A stretch of 64,000 nt of DNA from an uncultured Polaribacter sp. Its GTDB lineage: Bacteria > Bacteroidota > Bacteroidia > Flavobacteriales > Flavobacteriaceae. Positions 9,218 through 18,301 of the stretch are shown here, one piece after another. The notes under the pieces were generated by a model. That model did not search any database, was not told the origin of the DNA, and saw nothing but the letters and a program-made list of their open reading frames with translations. The stretch is from NCBI GenBank assembly GCA_963977615.1, contig CAXBPL010000002.1, positions 32,149 through 96,148 on the forward strand. The letters run 5' to 3'. Every line of letters starts with the position of its first letter. Positions within the stretch are counted from its first letter, which is position 1. The position numbers were made by a program, and so were the translations under genes.

Positions 9218-10858
9218 ATGAAAACAAAATTATTTTTTTTATTCTTTGCAACACTTTTTTCAGTGTCATTGCAAGCGCAGAATTCTATTGATATCGTAAG
9301 TCCACCACCTTCTGTAGAAGGTAATTCTAACGTAGATATTGAGTTTAACTACACAATAGCTGTTGATGGATATGCTTTTATAAGATTTAAAAATGGTACT
9401 GAAAATGCAGATAACTTAACATTTGTTATGTCTGAGCTTTTAAGTGCAGGTTCAGGAACTGCAAATGTAAGTCTTCCAGTACCTCGTTCTGCTAATGGTG
9501 AAGTATTGCCTTTAGGGAAATTTTATAATTATCAAGCACAATTATTTGACCCAGCAGATTGGGGTAATGATGTTGCAAACAACAATTATAATGGAGTAAC
9601 GTTAACAGCAGCAGCCAATTTTGTAGAGTTAACTTCTTACCCAACTACAGTAAATGCAGCTACATTTGTAGATCTTACTTTAGATTATGCAACAGACAAG
9701 CCTAGTCCAACACATGTGTTTATAAGACTTCATGACGCTTCAGGTACTCAATTATCATCTGTAGATAGATCTTTATCAGCAACTTCAGGAACAGAAACTT
9801 TAAGTCTTGAAATTCCAAATGTTCCATTAGGTAACGATTATGAATATAGAGTTTTATATTTTCATCCTGCAACAAGCTGGAGTGTAGCTTTTGCAACTGA
9901 AAAAGTTCAAGGTATTACAGTAGAAGAAGCTGTTGCACCAACAAACGCTATAACTTTAAGTGATATGCCAACATCTGTTGCAGCTGGTTCTGATGTTAAT
10001 ATTACTTTCGATTATTTGACAGATATAGAGAATGCACACATATTTATTCGTTTTAAAGATGATCCTAATGCAGAAGGTTTAACTTCTGTTTCTCAAGTGG
10101 TTACTGCTGGATCAGGAACGTTAACTTTACCTCTTCCAATACCTGTAGATAAAGATGGAACTGCATTACCTTTAGGGGCTGGTTATAATTTTCAAGTACA
10201 GTTATTTGATATAGATGATAATTATAAGAATTATATTTCTGATAATTATTCAGGAGTTAGTTTAGAAGCTGTTCCTGCAAATACAGTAAGTATTGCAAAC
10301 CCTCCAAGTACAGTTTTAATAAACTCTACAGTAGATGTTATAGTAGATTATACAAAAGATATTACTGATGCTTTTGTAGTATTAAAATTTAGAGATGCAT
10401 TGGGTAATGATATAGATCCATCTGTATTAGTTCCTATTACTGATAATTCAGGACAATTAACTTTAACATTGGATACTCCAACAACAGAAGGAACTGAATA
10501 CTGGTATAAAGTGCAGATTTTAGATCAAGATGCTAATGCTTTGTACACAAAAAATTATTCAGGAATTACTGCAGCAACAACATTAAGCGCAGATAGTTTT
10601 AATAGAAACTTTGATAATCTTTCAATTTTTCCAAATCCTGTTACAGATTCATTTACTTATAAGTTTGATAGTGCTTTGAACAATTCAACTCGTGTAGAAT
10701 TATTTACAGTTCTTGGTAAAAAAGTGATGTCTATTGAAAACAATGACACTTTTGGAAATAGTGGAACAGTAGATACTAAAGCTTTAAGTAAAGGAATTTA
10801 CTTAGTTCGTATAACTTCTGGAGATTTACAAGAAACAAGAAAGTTGGTAAAGAATTAA
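9218..10858 (+). CDS. T9SS-secreted protein of four tandem uncharacterised ~110-aa beta-rich modules, no catalytic domain
   Basis: Signal peptide ...SLQA; four repeats with IRFK...SGT.TL.L.IP...Y.YQ.QLFD...Y.G.T; CTD IFPNPV...LSKGIYLVRI. Confidence 0.85.
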   Translation: MKTKLFFLFFATLFSVSLQAQNSIDIVSPPPSVEGNSNVDIEFNYTIAVDGYAFIRFKNGTENADNLTFVMSELLSAGSGTANVSLPVPRSANGEVLPLGKFYNYQAQLFDPADWGNDVANNNYNGVTLTAAANFVELTSYPTTVNAATFVDLTLDYATDKPSPTHVFIRLHDASGTQLSSVDRSLSATSGTETLSLEIPNVPLGNDYEYRVLYFHPATSWSVAFATEKVQGITVEEAVAPTNAITLSDMPTSVAAGSDVNITFDYLTDIENAHIFIRFKDDPNAEGLTSVSQVVTAGSGTLTLPLPIPVDKDGTALPLGAGYNFQVQLFDIDDNYKNYISDNYSGVSLEAVPANTVSIANPPSTVLINSTVDVIVDYTKDITDAFVVLKFRDALGNDIDPSVLVPITDNSGQLTLTLDTPTTEGTEYWYKVQILDQDANALYTKNYSGITAATTLSADSFNRNFDNLSIFPNPVTDSFTYKFDSALNNSTRVELFTVLGKKVMSIENNDTFGNSGTVDTKALSKGIYLVRITSGDLQETRKLVKN

Positions 10859-10881
10859 TTTTTTTTAGCATCTAAATAAAG

Positions 10882-10919
10882 AAAATCGTCTAAATAATTA
10901 TTTAGACGATTTTTTTTTT
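10882..10919 (+). terminator. Intrinsic terminator
   Basis: aaaatcgtctaaataa / ttatttagacgatttt plus T-run. Confidence 0.8.
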
Positions 10920-10943
10920 GGATAAAACTTTTTAATTTCATAT

Positions 10944-10962
10944 AAATGTGTATATTACACTT
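10944..10962. promoter_or_regulatory. AraR-type operator (one mismatch)
   Basis: aAaTGT-gtatatt-ACACTT upstream of the 11177 gene. Confidence 0.6.
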
Positions 10963-11060
10963 ATATTAGTGTTAAGATTTTTTTTATATTGATATTATTT
11001 TAAAATATTGAAAATCAATAAAGTAAACCTTAATATATAAAATTAAATAATAATTTATTG

Positions 11061-11078
11061 AAGTGTAACTTTAACTCT
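11061..11078. promoter_or_regulatory. AraR-type operator (one mismatch)
   Basis: AAGTGT-aacttta-ACtCT. Confidence 0.5.
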
Positions 11079-11176
11079 AAGTTTAAATATTTCTCTTTAA
11101 ATTACACTATAGTAAATAATTAGTAAAATAAATCACTAACATAAGTCTTATGTTTTTTAAAAAAATAATACATATT

Positions 11177-13708
11177 ATGAATACAAAATTATACTTTTTA
11201 TTTTTTGCAATACTTTTTTCAGTGTCATTGCAAGCACAGAGTTCTATAGAGATTATTGATCCACCAGCATCAGTTTACGCAGATTCTAAGGTAGATATTA
11301 CTTTTAATTATACTTTAGCAGTAGATGGTTATGCCTATATAAGATTTAAAAATGGTCCTGATACTGAACATAACATCACTCATATCTCAAAATTATTAAG
11401 TGCAGGGTCAGGAACAGAAACGTTAAGTCTTGAAATACCTAGTAGTTTTGAAAATGTAGAATTACCTTTAGGGGCTGGTTATAATTATCAAGCACAATTA
11501 TTTGATCATAACAATGGTTGGGCAGGTTTAGCTACCAAAGATTTTAATGGTGTAACTCTGTTAGCTCCTCTGCCAAAAGCAAACGATGTAACTATTACTA
11601 GTTACCCAACTACTGTAAATGGTAATTCAAGTGTAGATATCACTTTTGATTATACAACAGATAAAGCTGAAGCTTATGTGGCTGTTCGTTTTAAAAAGAA
11701 TAGCAACTTAACACAAGTTCTAAAATTAGTAACTGCAGGTTCAGGGACTAAAACAGTAAGTCTGCCAATACCTGAAGAAGCAAATGGAACACCACTTAGT
11801 TTAGGCAGTGGTTATGGATACCAAATACAACTTTTCGATCATAAAGTTCCAGGAGGTTGGAATAGTGCCATCGTTAGTAAGGATTATAATAATGTTGTTA
11901 CTTTAGAGGCTCCTTTGCCACCAGCAAATGCAATAACAATTATTAATCCACCAACAACAATTATAGGTGGTAGAATGATTGAATTTGAACTAGAGTATAG
12001 AAAAGATGTAGCTTCAGCTTATGCTCTAATAAGATTTAAAGGACCAACTGGTGATTTAGAACAAGCATTTGAAACAGTAACTGATAATGAAGGAACTGTA
12101 AAAATAAGTGTTTTATCTCCTGAAACAGGTGGAACTAATTATAGTTTACAAGCTCAATTATACACAACAGGTTGGAGCGAATTAGATACTTATAATTTCT
12201 CTGGAATTACGGTTAACGAATATGTGCCATCAGGAGAAAATACACTAGAAATTGTAAATACATCTACAGATCCGATAAACAATGGTAGCATAAAACAAGT
12301 AGAAGTTAAATATAATTTATTACAACGAAGCAGAATTTTGGTTGATGTTCGTGATAAAGAAACTGCTGGAGCAGGAAAAAAAATCGGCGAAGTTTGGGTA
12401 GATCTTCCAGCTGGTAATGATACTGTTACTTTAGATTTAGTAGTTAACAATGGTTTTCCAGGTACTACAAATAGAATTAGAGCAATGTTATTTGAAGCAG
12501 AAAGTTCTACAGAATCTATTTCAATTCCAGTAACTCCATATATTTTGGTTGGTAAAGGAGATGGTACAATTACGTATAGAGGACAACCTTTTGTTAGCGG
12601 ACAAAATGGGCAAAATTCACTTTTTTCAGAAGATTTAGGAGAAGGCTATTATTCTAATTATTACATTGCTACAGGTTGGGAAGGCCCTCTAAAAATGAAA
12701 TTTAATCAAGCAGGCTCTTCTTCTTGGATTGAATTTGAAAATCAAAATGAACTTTCTGATGGTCATAAAGAATTTGACATAAAAATTCAAAAATTCTCTT
12801 GGCATGAGGATAAAGATTTTTTTACAGATAGAGGATATCCAACAGCTTTAAAAGATATAGACCATGAACTTACAGGAACTTTAGAAGGACAGTGGAGTCC
12901 AGGAAGTGGAGGTAAAGGACAAATTAACATGACAGCTTGGGTAACAGAAAATGGAGATATGTCTGGTAACAGAGTCGATATTATTGTACATGTTTTTGAC
13001 AATGGTGGAAATCTAAGAAAAAAGTACGATGACCAACAAGACAGATACAGAAATATTGGAGAATTTACATCTACAAATGGGATGACTTATCAAATTTTGA
13101 GAGCCTTACCAGGTTTTTTAGGTGAAGTTGCTTCTTATAATTTAGTGCCAGATGCTATTGTGCAAACAGATCCAAGAGCAAATTATACAAATGATGTAAT
13201 TTCTGCAACTGTAGATATGAAAGATATTATTGAAAATTTAATTGCAAAAGAAGATGCATATACTGGTGCCCAAGGTAAAGTTGGTATTAATGAAAATTGG
13301 CAAATTAATGGTTTAGAATGGACAGTTGTTGGACAATCTGGTAATTATGATACAGACAATCAATTAATTCCTAATGGACATGGAAAATTTACATTTAATA
13401 GTTATACAATTCCAAACTTATCTAGCGAACCTTTAAGTGTAGGTGAAGTAAACTCTAAATTTAAAAACTTAGTAATTTCTCCAAATCCATTTTCAGGTTC
13501 TTTTAAGTATGCATTTAATTCAGATTTAAATAAAGAAACAACTGTTGAATTATTTACAATTGATGGTAGAAAAATAAAAACAATTAACAAGCCAAATTCT
13601 TCAGAAAATAGTGGAACTGTAACTACTACTAATTTGAGTAAAGGAGTTTATATAGTTCGAATCACATCTGGCAACGTTCAAGAAACTAGAAGATTGATAA
13701 AGAATTAA
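11177..13708 (+). CDS. T9SS-secreted protein: four repeat modules plus a divergent GH12-like beta-jelly-roll domain
   Basis: Start moved to the ATG at 11177 because MNTKLYFLFFA matches the paralogous signal peptides; repeats as in 9218; ~290-aa unique domain; CTD ISPNPF...LSKGVYIVRI. Confidence 0.8.
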   Translation: MNTKLYFLFFAILFSVSLQAQSSIEIIDPPASVYADSKVDITFNYTLAVDGYAYIRFKNGPDTEHNITHISKLLSAGSGTETLSLEIPSSFENVELPLGAGYNYQAQLFDHNNGWAGLATKDFNGVTLLAPLPKANDVTITSYPTTVNGNSSVDITFDYTTDKAEAYVAVRFKKNSNLTQVLKLVTAGSGTKTVSLPIPEEANGTPLSLGSGYGYQIQLFDHKVPGGWNSAIVSKDYNNVVTLEAPLPPANAITIINPPTTIIGGRMIEFELEYRKDVASAYALIRFKGPTGDLEQAFETVTDNEGTVKISVLSPETGGTNYSLQAQLYTTGWSELDTYNFSGITVNEYVPSGENTLEIVNTSTDPINNGSIKQVEVKYNLLQRSRILVDVRDKETAGAGKKIGEVWVDLPAGNDTVTLDLVVNNGFPGTTNRIRAMLFEAESSTESISIPVTPYILVGKGDGTITYRGQPFVSGQNGQNSLFSEDLGEGYYSNYYIATGWEGPLKMKFNQAGSSSWIEFENQNELSDGHKEFDIKIQKFSWHEDKDFFTDRGYPTALKDIDHELTGTLEGQWSPGSGGKGQINMTAWVTENGDMSGNRVDIIVHVFDNGGNLRKKYDDQQDRYRNIGEFTSTNGMTYQILRALPGFLGEVASYNLVPDAIVQTDPRANYTNDVISATVDMKDIIENLIAKEDAYTGAQGKVGINENWQINGLEWTVVGQSGNYDTDNQLIPNGHGKFTFNSYTIPNLSSEPLSVGEVNSKFKNLVISPNPFSGSFKYAFNSDLNKETTVELFTIDGRKIKTINKPNSSENSGTVTTTNLSKGVYIVRITSGNVQETRRLIKN

Positions 13709-13733
13709 GAGATAGCATACTATAAAATATAGG

Positions 13734-13769
13734 AATCGTGTAAATTTTACATTTATACGATTTTTTTTT
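13734..13769 (+). terminator. Intrinsic terminator, homologous to the one at 10882
   Basis: aatcgtgtaaat / atttatacgatt plus T-run. Confidence 0.75.
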
Positions 13770-13794
13770 GCAAAAAACTATTGTATTTTAATTT

Positions 13795-13813
13795 AAATGT
13801 ATATATTACACTT
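13795..13813. promoter_or_regulatory. AraR-type operator (one mismatch)
   Basis: aAaTGT-atatatt-ACACTT; 18/19 identical to the 10944 site. Confidence 0.6.
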
Positions 13814-13981
13814 CTATTAAGAGAGTTTTTTTTTATTTATAGAAATTTTTCTTGTTAAAGTTTTGGTAAAAGAAATCAAACAGAAAAATTAAAACTACAA
13901 AAGAATATAAAATAGACTTCTCTCTAAGAAAAAAAAATAAAAAGATAAAGTATTATTTATTAAGTAATTAAAACAAAAATC

Positions 13982-16384
13982 ATGAAAACAAAATTACATT
14001 TATTATTTTTTGCGATTCTATTTTCAATAGGGTCTTATGCTCAAGACGCACATTTTATTGAATTGGTAGGTGGTAAACCAGGTGAAGTTACAGTTGGTTC
14101 AACTATGGATTTCACTGTAAATTATACTTTGGATACAAATTCACCTGATCCATCTCAAATAATAGTGCGATTTCTGTCGTCAACTAATGTTAACCTTGGT
14201 TTTAAACAGGTGTTTGTAAATCATGGTTCTGGAACTGTTACTCTTAAGGATGTGCCAACTCCTACTACTATTGGTGGTGGTTATAAGTTACAAGTACGAT
14301 TGTTTGAACCCGATCCAAGTTATAGTCCTTTAGTTGAAGAAATTTATGAACCTTTTGATGTTGTAGCTCCAAAAGTGAAATCAAGTTTTTTGTTTAATAC
14401 AGATGGAGATAGAGAAGGATGGTTTAAGGCTAATAATACAACCAAAAATGATGTTTCTGGGGGTGTTATGACTATTGCAGGGCCTGGTTGGAATAAAGAT
14501 TATATTGAGCAAAAAAACTTTAGACTAAATCCTAATATCCATTCTTACGTACATGTTAAATATAAAAATTTGTCTACTGAAAATGTTGAAATTTCATTTG
14601 ATTGGATTACAACAGGTGCAACTCGAGCAGGTGAAGGTGCAATTGCACGTAGAAAGGCAACAATTACAACAAGTACTAGTGGTACTCCTATGCCTGATTT
14701 TGAAACTATATCTGTGGATTTATCTACTCAAAATGATAATATTACAGTTAATACTGAATGGATAGATACAGCAAATTCTACAGTTGCAGATGCAACTAAT
14801 TTTAGAATTTATTATGGTAGAGAAAATTATGCTAGTTCTAAAAGCCAAGATTTTATTATTGAGTCTATAGTTTTTAGCAATTCTGCTACACCAACAAATA
14901 TTTTTATCGGTACTGATAATGATTGGTCTAATACAGCCAATTGGAGTCAAGGATCTGTTCCTTCACCTACTACCAATATAATTATTTCTCAAAATAAAGG
15001 AGTTGATGTAACTAATTTAGTTGTAGATCCTGCAGCATCATTCGTAATTGAAAGTGGAGGTTCTTTGAAAGTTTCAGGTACAGCTTCAGGAAATGTTACC
15101 TATAATAGAACTGTAGATTTTGTTGACGGAGATTTAAAAGGGTGGTTTTTAATGGGAGCACCTGTTGCAAGTCAAGATTATGATGATTCTTTTGTTACTG
15201 CAAATGATATTGCTGTAAAAGGTTCAAACAGAGGTATATCAACATATAATACTACAACAGATAATTGGGTATATCATCAAGGTGCTACAAGTGGAACTTT
15301 TGCTGCAGGTACAGGATATTCTGTAAAAAGAGGTTCAAGTTCTGGTACTGTTTCATTTACAGGAACTGTAAATGTTGATGATGCTGGTGTTAGTGTGCCA
15401 CTTTCTAATACTGGAAGTAGATTTAACTTATTAGGAAATCCATATACAGCATATTTAAGTAGTGCTACTTTTTTAGATAATGAAGTTGGTATTTCAGATT
15501 CGAAAACAATGTGGGTTTATAATAAAAACTTAGGAACAAATGGTCAGTATGAACCAAAAACTGTTTTACAGAATTTTATTATTGCTCCAGGACAAGGTTT
15601 CTTTGTACAAGCAAATGCTGTAACACCTGGTTCATTCAATTTTAGTGAAGCGAATCAAAGTCATAATGGAACTGATACTTTCCAAAAAACTGCAAATGTT
15701 CAAGGAGAAATTACATTATCAATGACAGATGGAACTATCAATAACTATGGAAAAGTTTATTACGTAAACAAAGCAACCAAAAGTTTGGATATTGGTTATG
15801 AAGGAGAACTTTTTAGTGGACAAACTAATGATTTTGCAATATATACACATTTAGTTTCTAATAATGTTGGTAAAAAATATCAAGTACAATCTTTACCAAA
15901 TTCAGATTATGAGAATATGATTGTTCCTGTTGGAATAAAAGCAGCTGCTGGAAAAGAAATTACTATTTCTGCAACTTCTTTAAATTTACCAGAAAACATT
16001 AAAGTATATCTTGAAGATAGAGCAATGAATGTTGTGACAGATTTAAATAGTGCTGATTATAAAGTTACTTTAAACAGTGCTTTAGATGGTGTTGGTAGAT
16101 TCTTTTTAAGAACATCTGCATCTTCTGTACTTTCTACTGATACGAATACTTTATCAGGAATCAGTATTTATAAAACAAACAATGCTACTTTAAAAATAGT
16201 TGGTTTACAACAAGGTACTTCTAACGTTAAATTATTTAATATTTTAGGAAAACAAATTTTAAACAACTCTTTTGAAGCAACTGGTGCTAAAGAGATTTCT
16301 TTACCAAAATTAGCAACTGGAGTTTACATTGTTCAGTTAGAAACTGCAGCAGGTAAATTAAATAAGAAAATCATTTTAGAGTAA
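13982..16384 (+). CDS. Large T9SS-secreted protein: one repeat module, a CBM-like domain and a flavobacterial surface-protein C-terminal region
   Basis: Signal peptide MKTKLHLLFFA; module IIVRF...GSGTVTL...GYKLQVRLFE; FNTDGDREGW...IIESIVF jelly-roll-like segment; WSNTANW, FNLLGNPY, VYLED, GRFFL; CTD LATGVYIVQL. Confidence 0.8.
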   Translation: MKTKLHLLFFAILFSIGSYAQDAHFIELVGGKPGEVTVGSTMDFTVNYTLDTNSPDPSQIIVRFLSSTNVNLGFKQVFVNHGSGTVTLKDVPTPTTIGGGYKLQVRLFEPDPSYSPLVEEIYEPFDVVAPKVKSSFLFNTDGDREGWFKANNTTKNDVSGGVMTIAGPGWNKDYIEQKNFRLNPNIHSYVHVKYKNLSTENVEISFDWITTGATRAGEGAIARRKATITTSTSGTPMPDFETISVDLSTQNDNITVNTEWIDTANSTVADATNFRIYYGRENYASSKSQDFIIESIVFSNSATPTNIFIGTDNDWSNTANWSQGSVPSPTTNIIISQNKGVDVTNLVVDPAASFVIESGGSLKVSGTASGNVTYNRTVDFVDGDLKGWFLMGAPVASQDYDDSFVTANDIAVKGSNRGISTYNTTTDNWVYHQGATSGTFAAGTGYSVKRGSSSGTVSFTGTVNVDDAGVSVPLSNTGSRFNLLGNPYTAYLSSATFLDNEVGISDSKTMWVYNKNLGTNGQYEPKTVLQNFIIAPGQGFFVQANAVTPGSFNFSEANQSHNGTDTFQKTANVQGEITLSMTDGTINNYGKVYYVNKATKSLDIGYEGELFSGQTNDFAIYTHLVSNNVGKKYQVQSLPNSDYENMIVPVGIKAAAGKEITISATSLNLPENIKVYLEDRAMNVVTDLNSADYKVTLNSALDGVGRFFLRTSASSVLSTDTNTLSGISIYKTNNATLKIVGLQQGTSNVKLFNILGKQILNNSFEATGAKEISLPKLATGVYIVQLETAAGKLNKKIILE

Positions 16385-16408
16385 TTACAAACCCAAAACG
16401 AAAACATC

Positions 16409-16582
16409 ATGAAAAAACAAATAGATACTAAATCAGAAGAAATTACTCGTAAAGATGCTATTAAAAAAATAGGGAATTATGGTAAATATGCAGCATTAAC
16501 AGCGTTGGGTACTTATATGATTTTAAACCCACAAAAAGCTCAAGCTAGTTCTGCTCCTTCTGCTCCAGGTACAGGATTTTAA
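16409..16582 (+). CDS. Unannotated 57-aa peptide with a Tat-like leader: MKKQIDTKSEEITRKDAIKKIGNYGKYAALTALGTYMILNPQKAQASSAPSAPGTGF
   Basis: ATG at 16409, 24 nt after the upstream stop, with an A-rich leader; TAA at 16580-16582; terminator follows. Below the ORF-track size cutoff. Confidence 0.8.
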   Translation: MKKQIDTKSEEITRKDAIKKIGNYGKYAALTALGTYMILNPQKAQASSAPSAPGTGF

Positions 16583-16646
16583 AAAATAATATTTTTTAGA
16601 TTAAATAATCAATAGATTATTTAAGTTTTAATTCCTTTTTTTCTAG

Positions 16647-16679
16647 AACTGAACAATAGAAATATTGTTCAGTTTTTTT
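16647..16679 (+). terminator. Intrinsic terminator after the small peptide
   Basis: aactgaacaata-gaaa-tattgttcagtt plus T-run. Confidence 0.8.
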
Positions 16680-16952
16680 GTTTTTATGAAAGGATGTTTC
16701 TGCTTAATAATAACTGAAATTCAAATATTCATTCTGTTAAAATGTTCTTTATTTTTTTATACAAAATCATATAATTTTCTTAAATTGTACCTTTGTATAA
16801 TTGCTAGTAGTTTTAAAAATATATTCTTAAAATAGACTGTTAATATTCTGTATGATAATTTGTTAAGAATTATTGTGCTTTTTACGTATATTAATATTTA
16901 ACGTTTTTAGATTTTTTGAACTCTTAATTCGCATAATTTATAAAGTGTTTAT

Positions 16953-17642
16953 ATGTTAAATAATTACAGTAAAGAAGATAAAGCATTATTAGCAGTAGAT
17001 TGTATCATCTTTGGTTTTGATGGAGAAGACCTAAAAGTGTTACTAATTAAAAGAGATTTTGAGCCTGAAAAAGGAAAATGGTCTCTAATTGGTGGGTTTT
17101 TAAAGAAAGAAGAAGACTTAGATAAAGCAGCTATAAGAGTTTTAGATCATTTAACAGGTTTAGACAATGTGTATATGGAGCAGTTCTACGTATTTAGTAA
17201 AGTAGATAGAGATCCAGAAGAAAGAACAATTTCTGTTGCATATTATGCTTTAATCGATATCGATTCTCATAATAATGAAGGGACTCATTTAGAAACTGCA
17301 AAATGGTTCAGTTTAAAAGAAGCTCCAGAACTTATTTTTGATCATAACCAAATGTTAGAAAAAGCAGTTGCTAGATTAAAAAGAAGAACTAAAATAAAAC
17401 CTATTGGCTTTGAACTTTTGCCAGATAAGTTTACAATGTTACAATTACAAAACCTTTACGAATCTGTTTTAGATGAAAAACTAGATAAAAGAAATTTTAC
17501 TAGCAAAATTAATGCTTTAGGGATCTTAGTTAGGTTAAATGAAAAAGATAAAAGTTCCTCTAAAAAAGGTTCTTATTTATATCAATTTGATACAGATAAG
17601 TATAATGAAAAGCTAAAAGATGGTTTTGTGTTCAAAATTTAA
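16953..17642 (+). CDS. araR: NUDIX/NrtR-family transcriptional repressor, probable arabinose regulator
   Basis: AVDCIIFGFD, KGKWSLIGGF, RDPEERTISVAYYAL and a C-terminal wHTH (FTMLQLQNLYE, LDKRNF); adjacent to araBDA. Confidence 0.85.
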   Translation: MLNNYSKEDKALLAVDCIIFGFDGEDLKVLLIKRDFEPEKGKWSLIGGFLKKEEDLDKAAIRVLDHLTGLDNVYMEQFYVFSKVDRDPEERTISVAYYALIDIDSHNNEGTHLETAKWFSLKEAPELIFDHNQMLEKAVARLKRRTKIKPIGFELLPDKFTMLQLQNLYESVLDEKLDKRNFTSKINALGILVRLNEKDKSSSKKGSYLYQFDTDKYNEKLKDGFVFKI

Positions 17643-18237
17643 ATAGCCCTTTTTTTCAAAGATTTAGTCTTTAAATCACTTTTAATAGTATATTTTTCTT
17701 TAGAAAAACTTCAAGAAATTTTTAATGATTCTTTTAAGAAAATATTTTTTCTTAAAACATCATGTTTTATAAAATACCTGGATCCTTTAAAAGGTACAAT
17801 TCCTAAACGTGTAATTTACAAAAGGTATTATTATAGGTCAATCAGACTTTTGTAATTATAAAAACATCAAAAATTTACATATAAACTCAGCTTTTTTTTA
17901 CAATAAAGACAATTGTAAATACATGTAAATTGCTGAAGTGGTAAATGCTAAACAAACTTTTAGCATTAAGCTGACAAATACCTCAAAATCGCCCGTTTTT
18001 TTTCATCAAACTAAAGTGCTATTTCTACAGTTCTATGTTCAATAATGGGTTCGATTTAGATATCATTTAAAATAATTTTCCAAAATATATGTTTTTATAA
18101 ATTTGTTTAAATCAATTTATAAAACTGAAATTAAGGTTGTTAAAGGTTTAATTAGTTGTTTATGGACGTTCAGTTTCATAAAAACTTAGTATAGAAACTT
18201 AAAATAATTTTAAACAATTAAAAATGCGAAACACTTA

Positions 18238-18256
18238 AAGTGTAAAACGAACACTT
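18238..18256. promoter_or_regulatory. AraR-type operator upstream of araB
   Basis: Perfect AAGTGT-aaaacga-ACACTT, 16 bp upstream of a TATATTTG -7 element (18273-18280), i.e. over the -33 region. Confidence 0.8.
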
Positions 18257-18301
18257 CTAAAAAATAAAATGCTATATTTGTTTCTGTATAAATTGTAAGG
18301 A

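Noticed and set aside
16839-16866. Two GTTAA words upstream of araR resembling the lipoprotein promoter motif
   Set aside because: The period is 23 bp rather than 21, and there is no TAnnTTTG at the matching distance.
16938-16960. tttataaagtgt half-site at the araR start, a possible autoregulatory operator
   Set aside because: The right half-site ACACT is missing at N7 spacing; too weak to call.
17643-18237. About 600-bp spacer between araR and araB as a possible pseudogene or ncRNA
   Set aside because: Frames I read are interrupted, with no recognisable motif or stable structure; a translated search would be needed.
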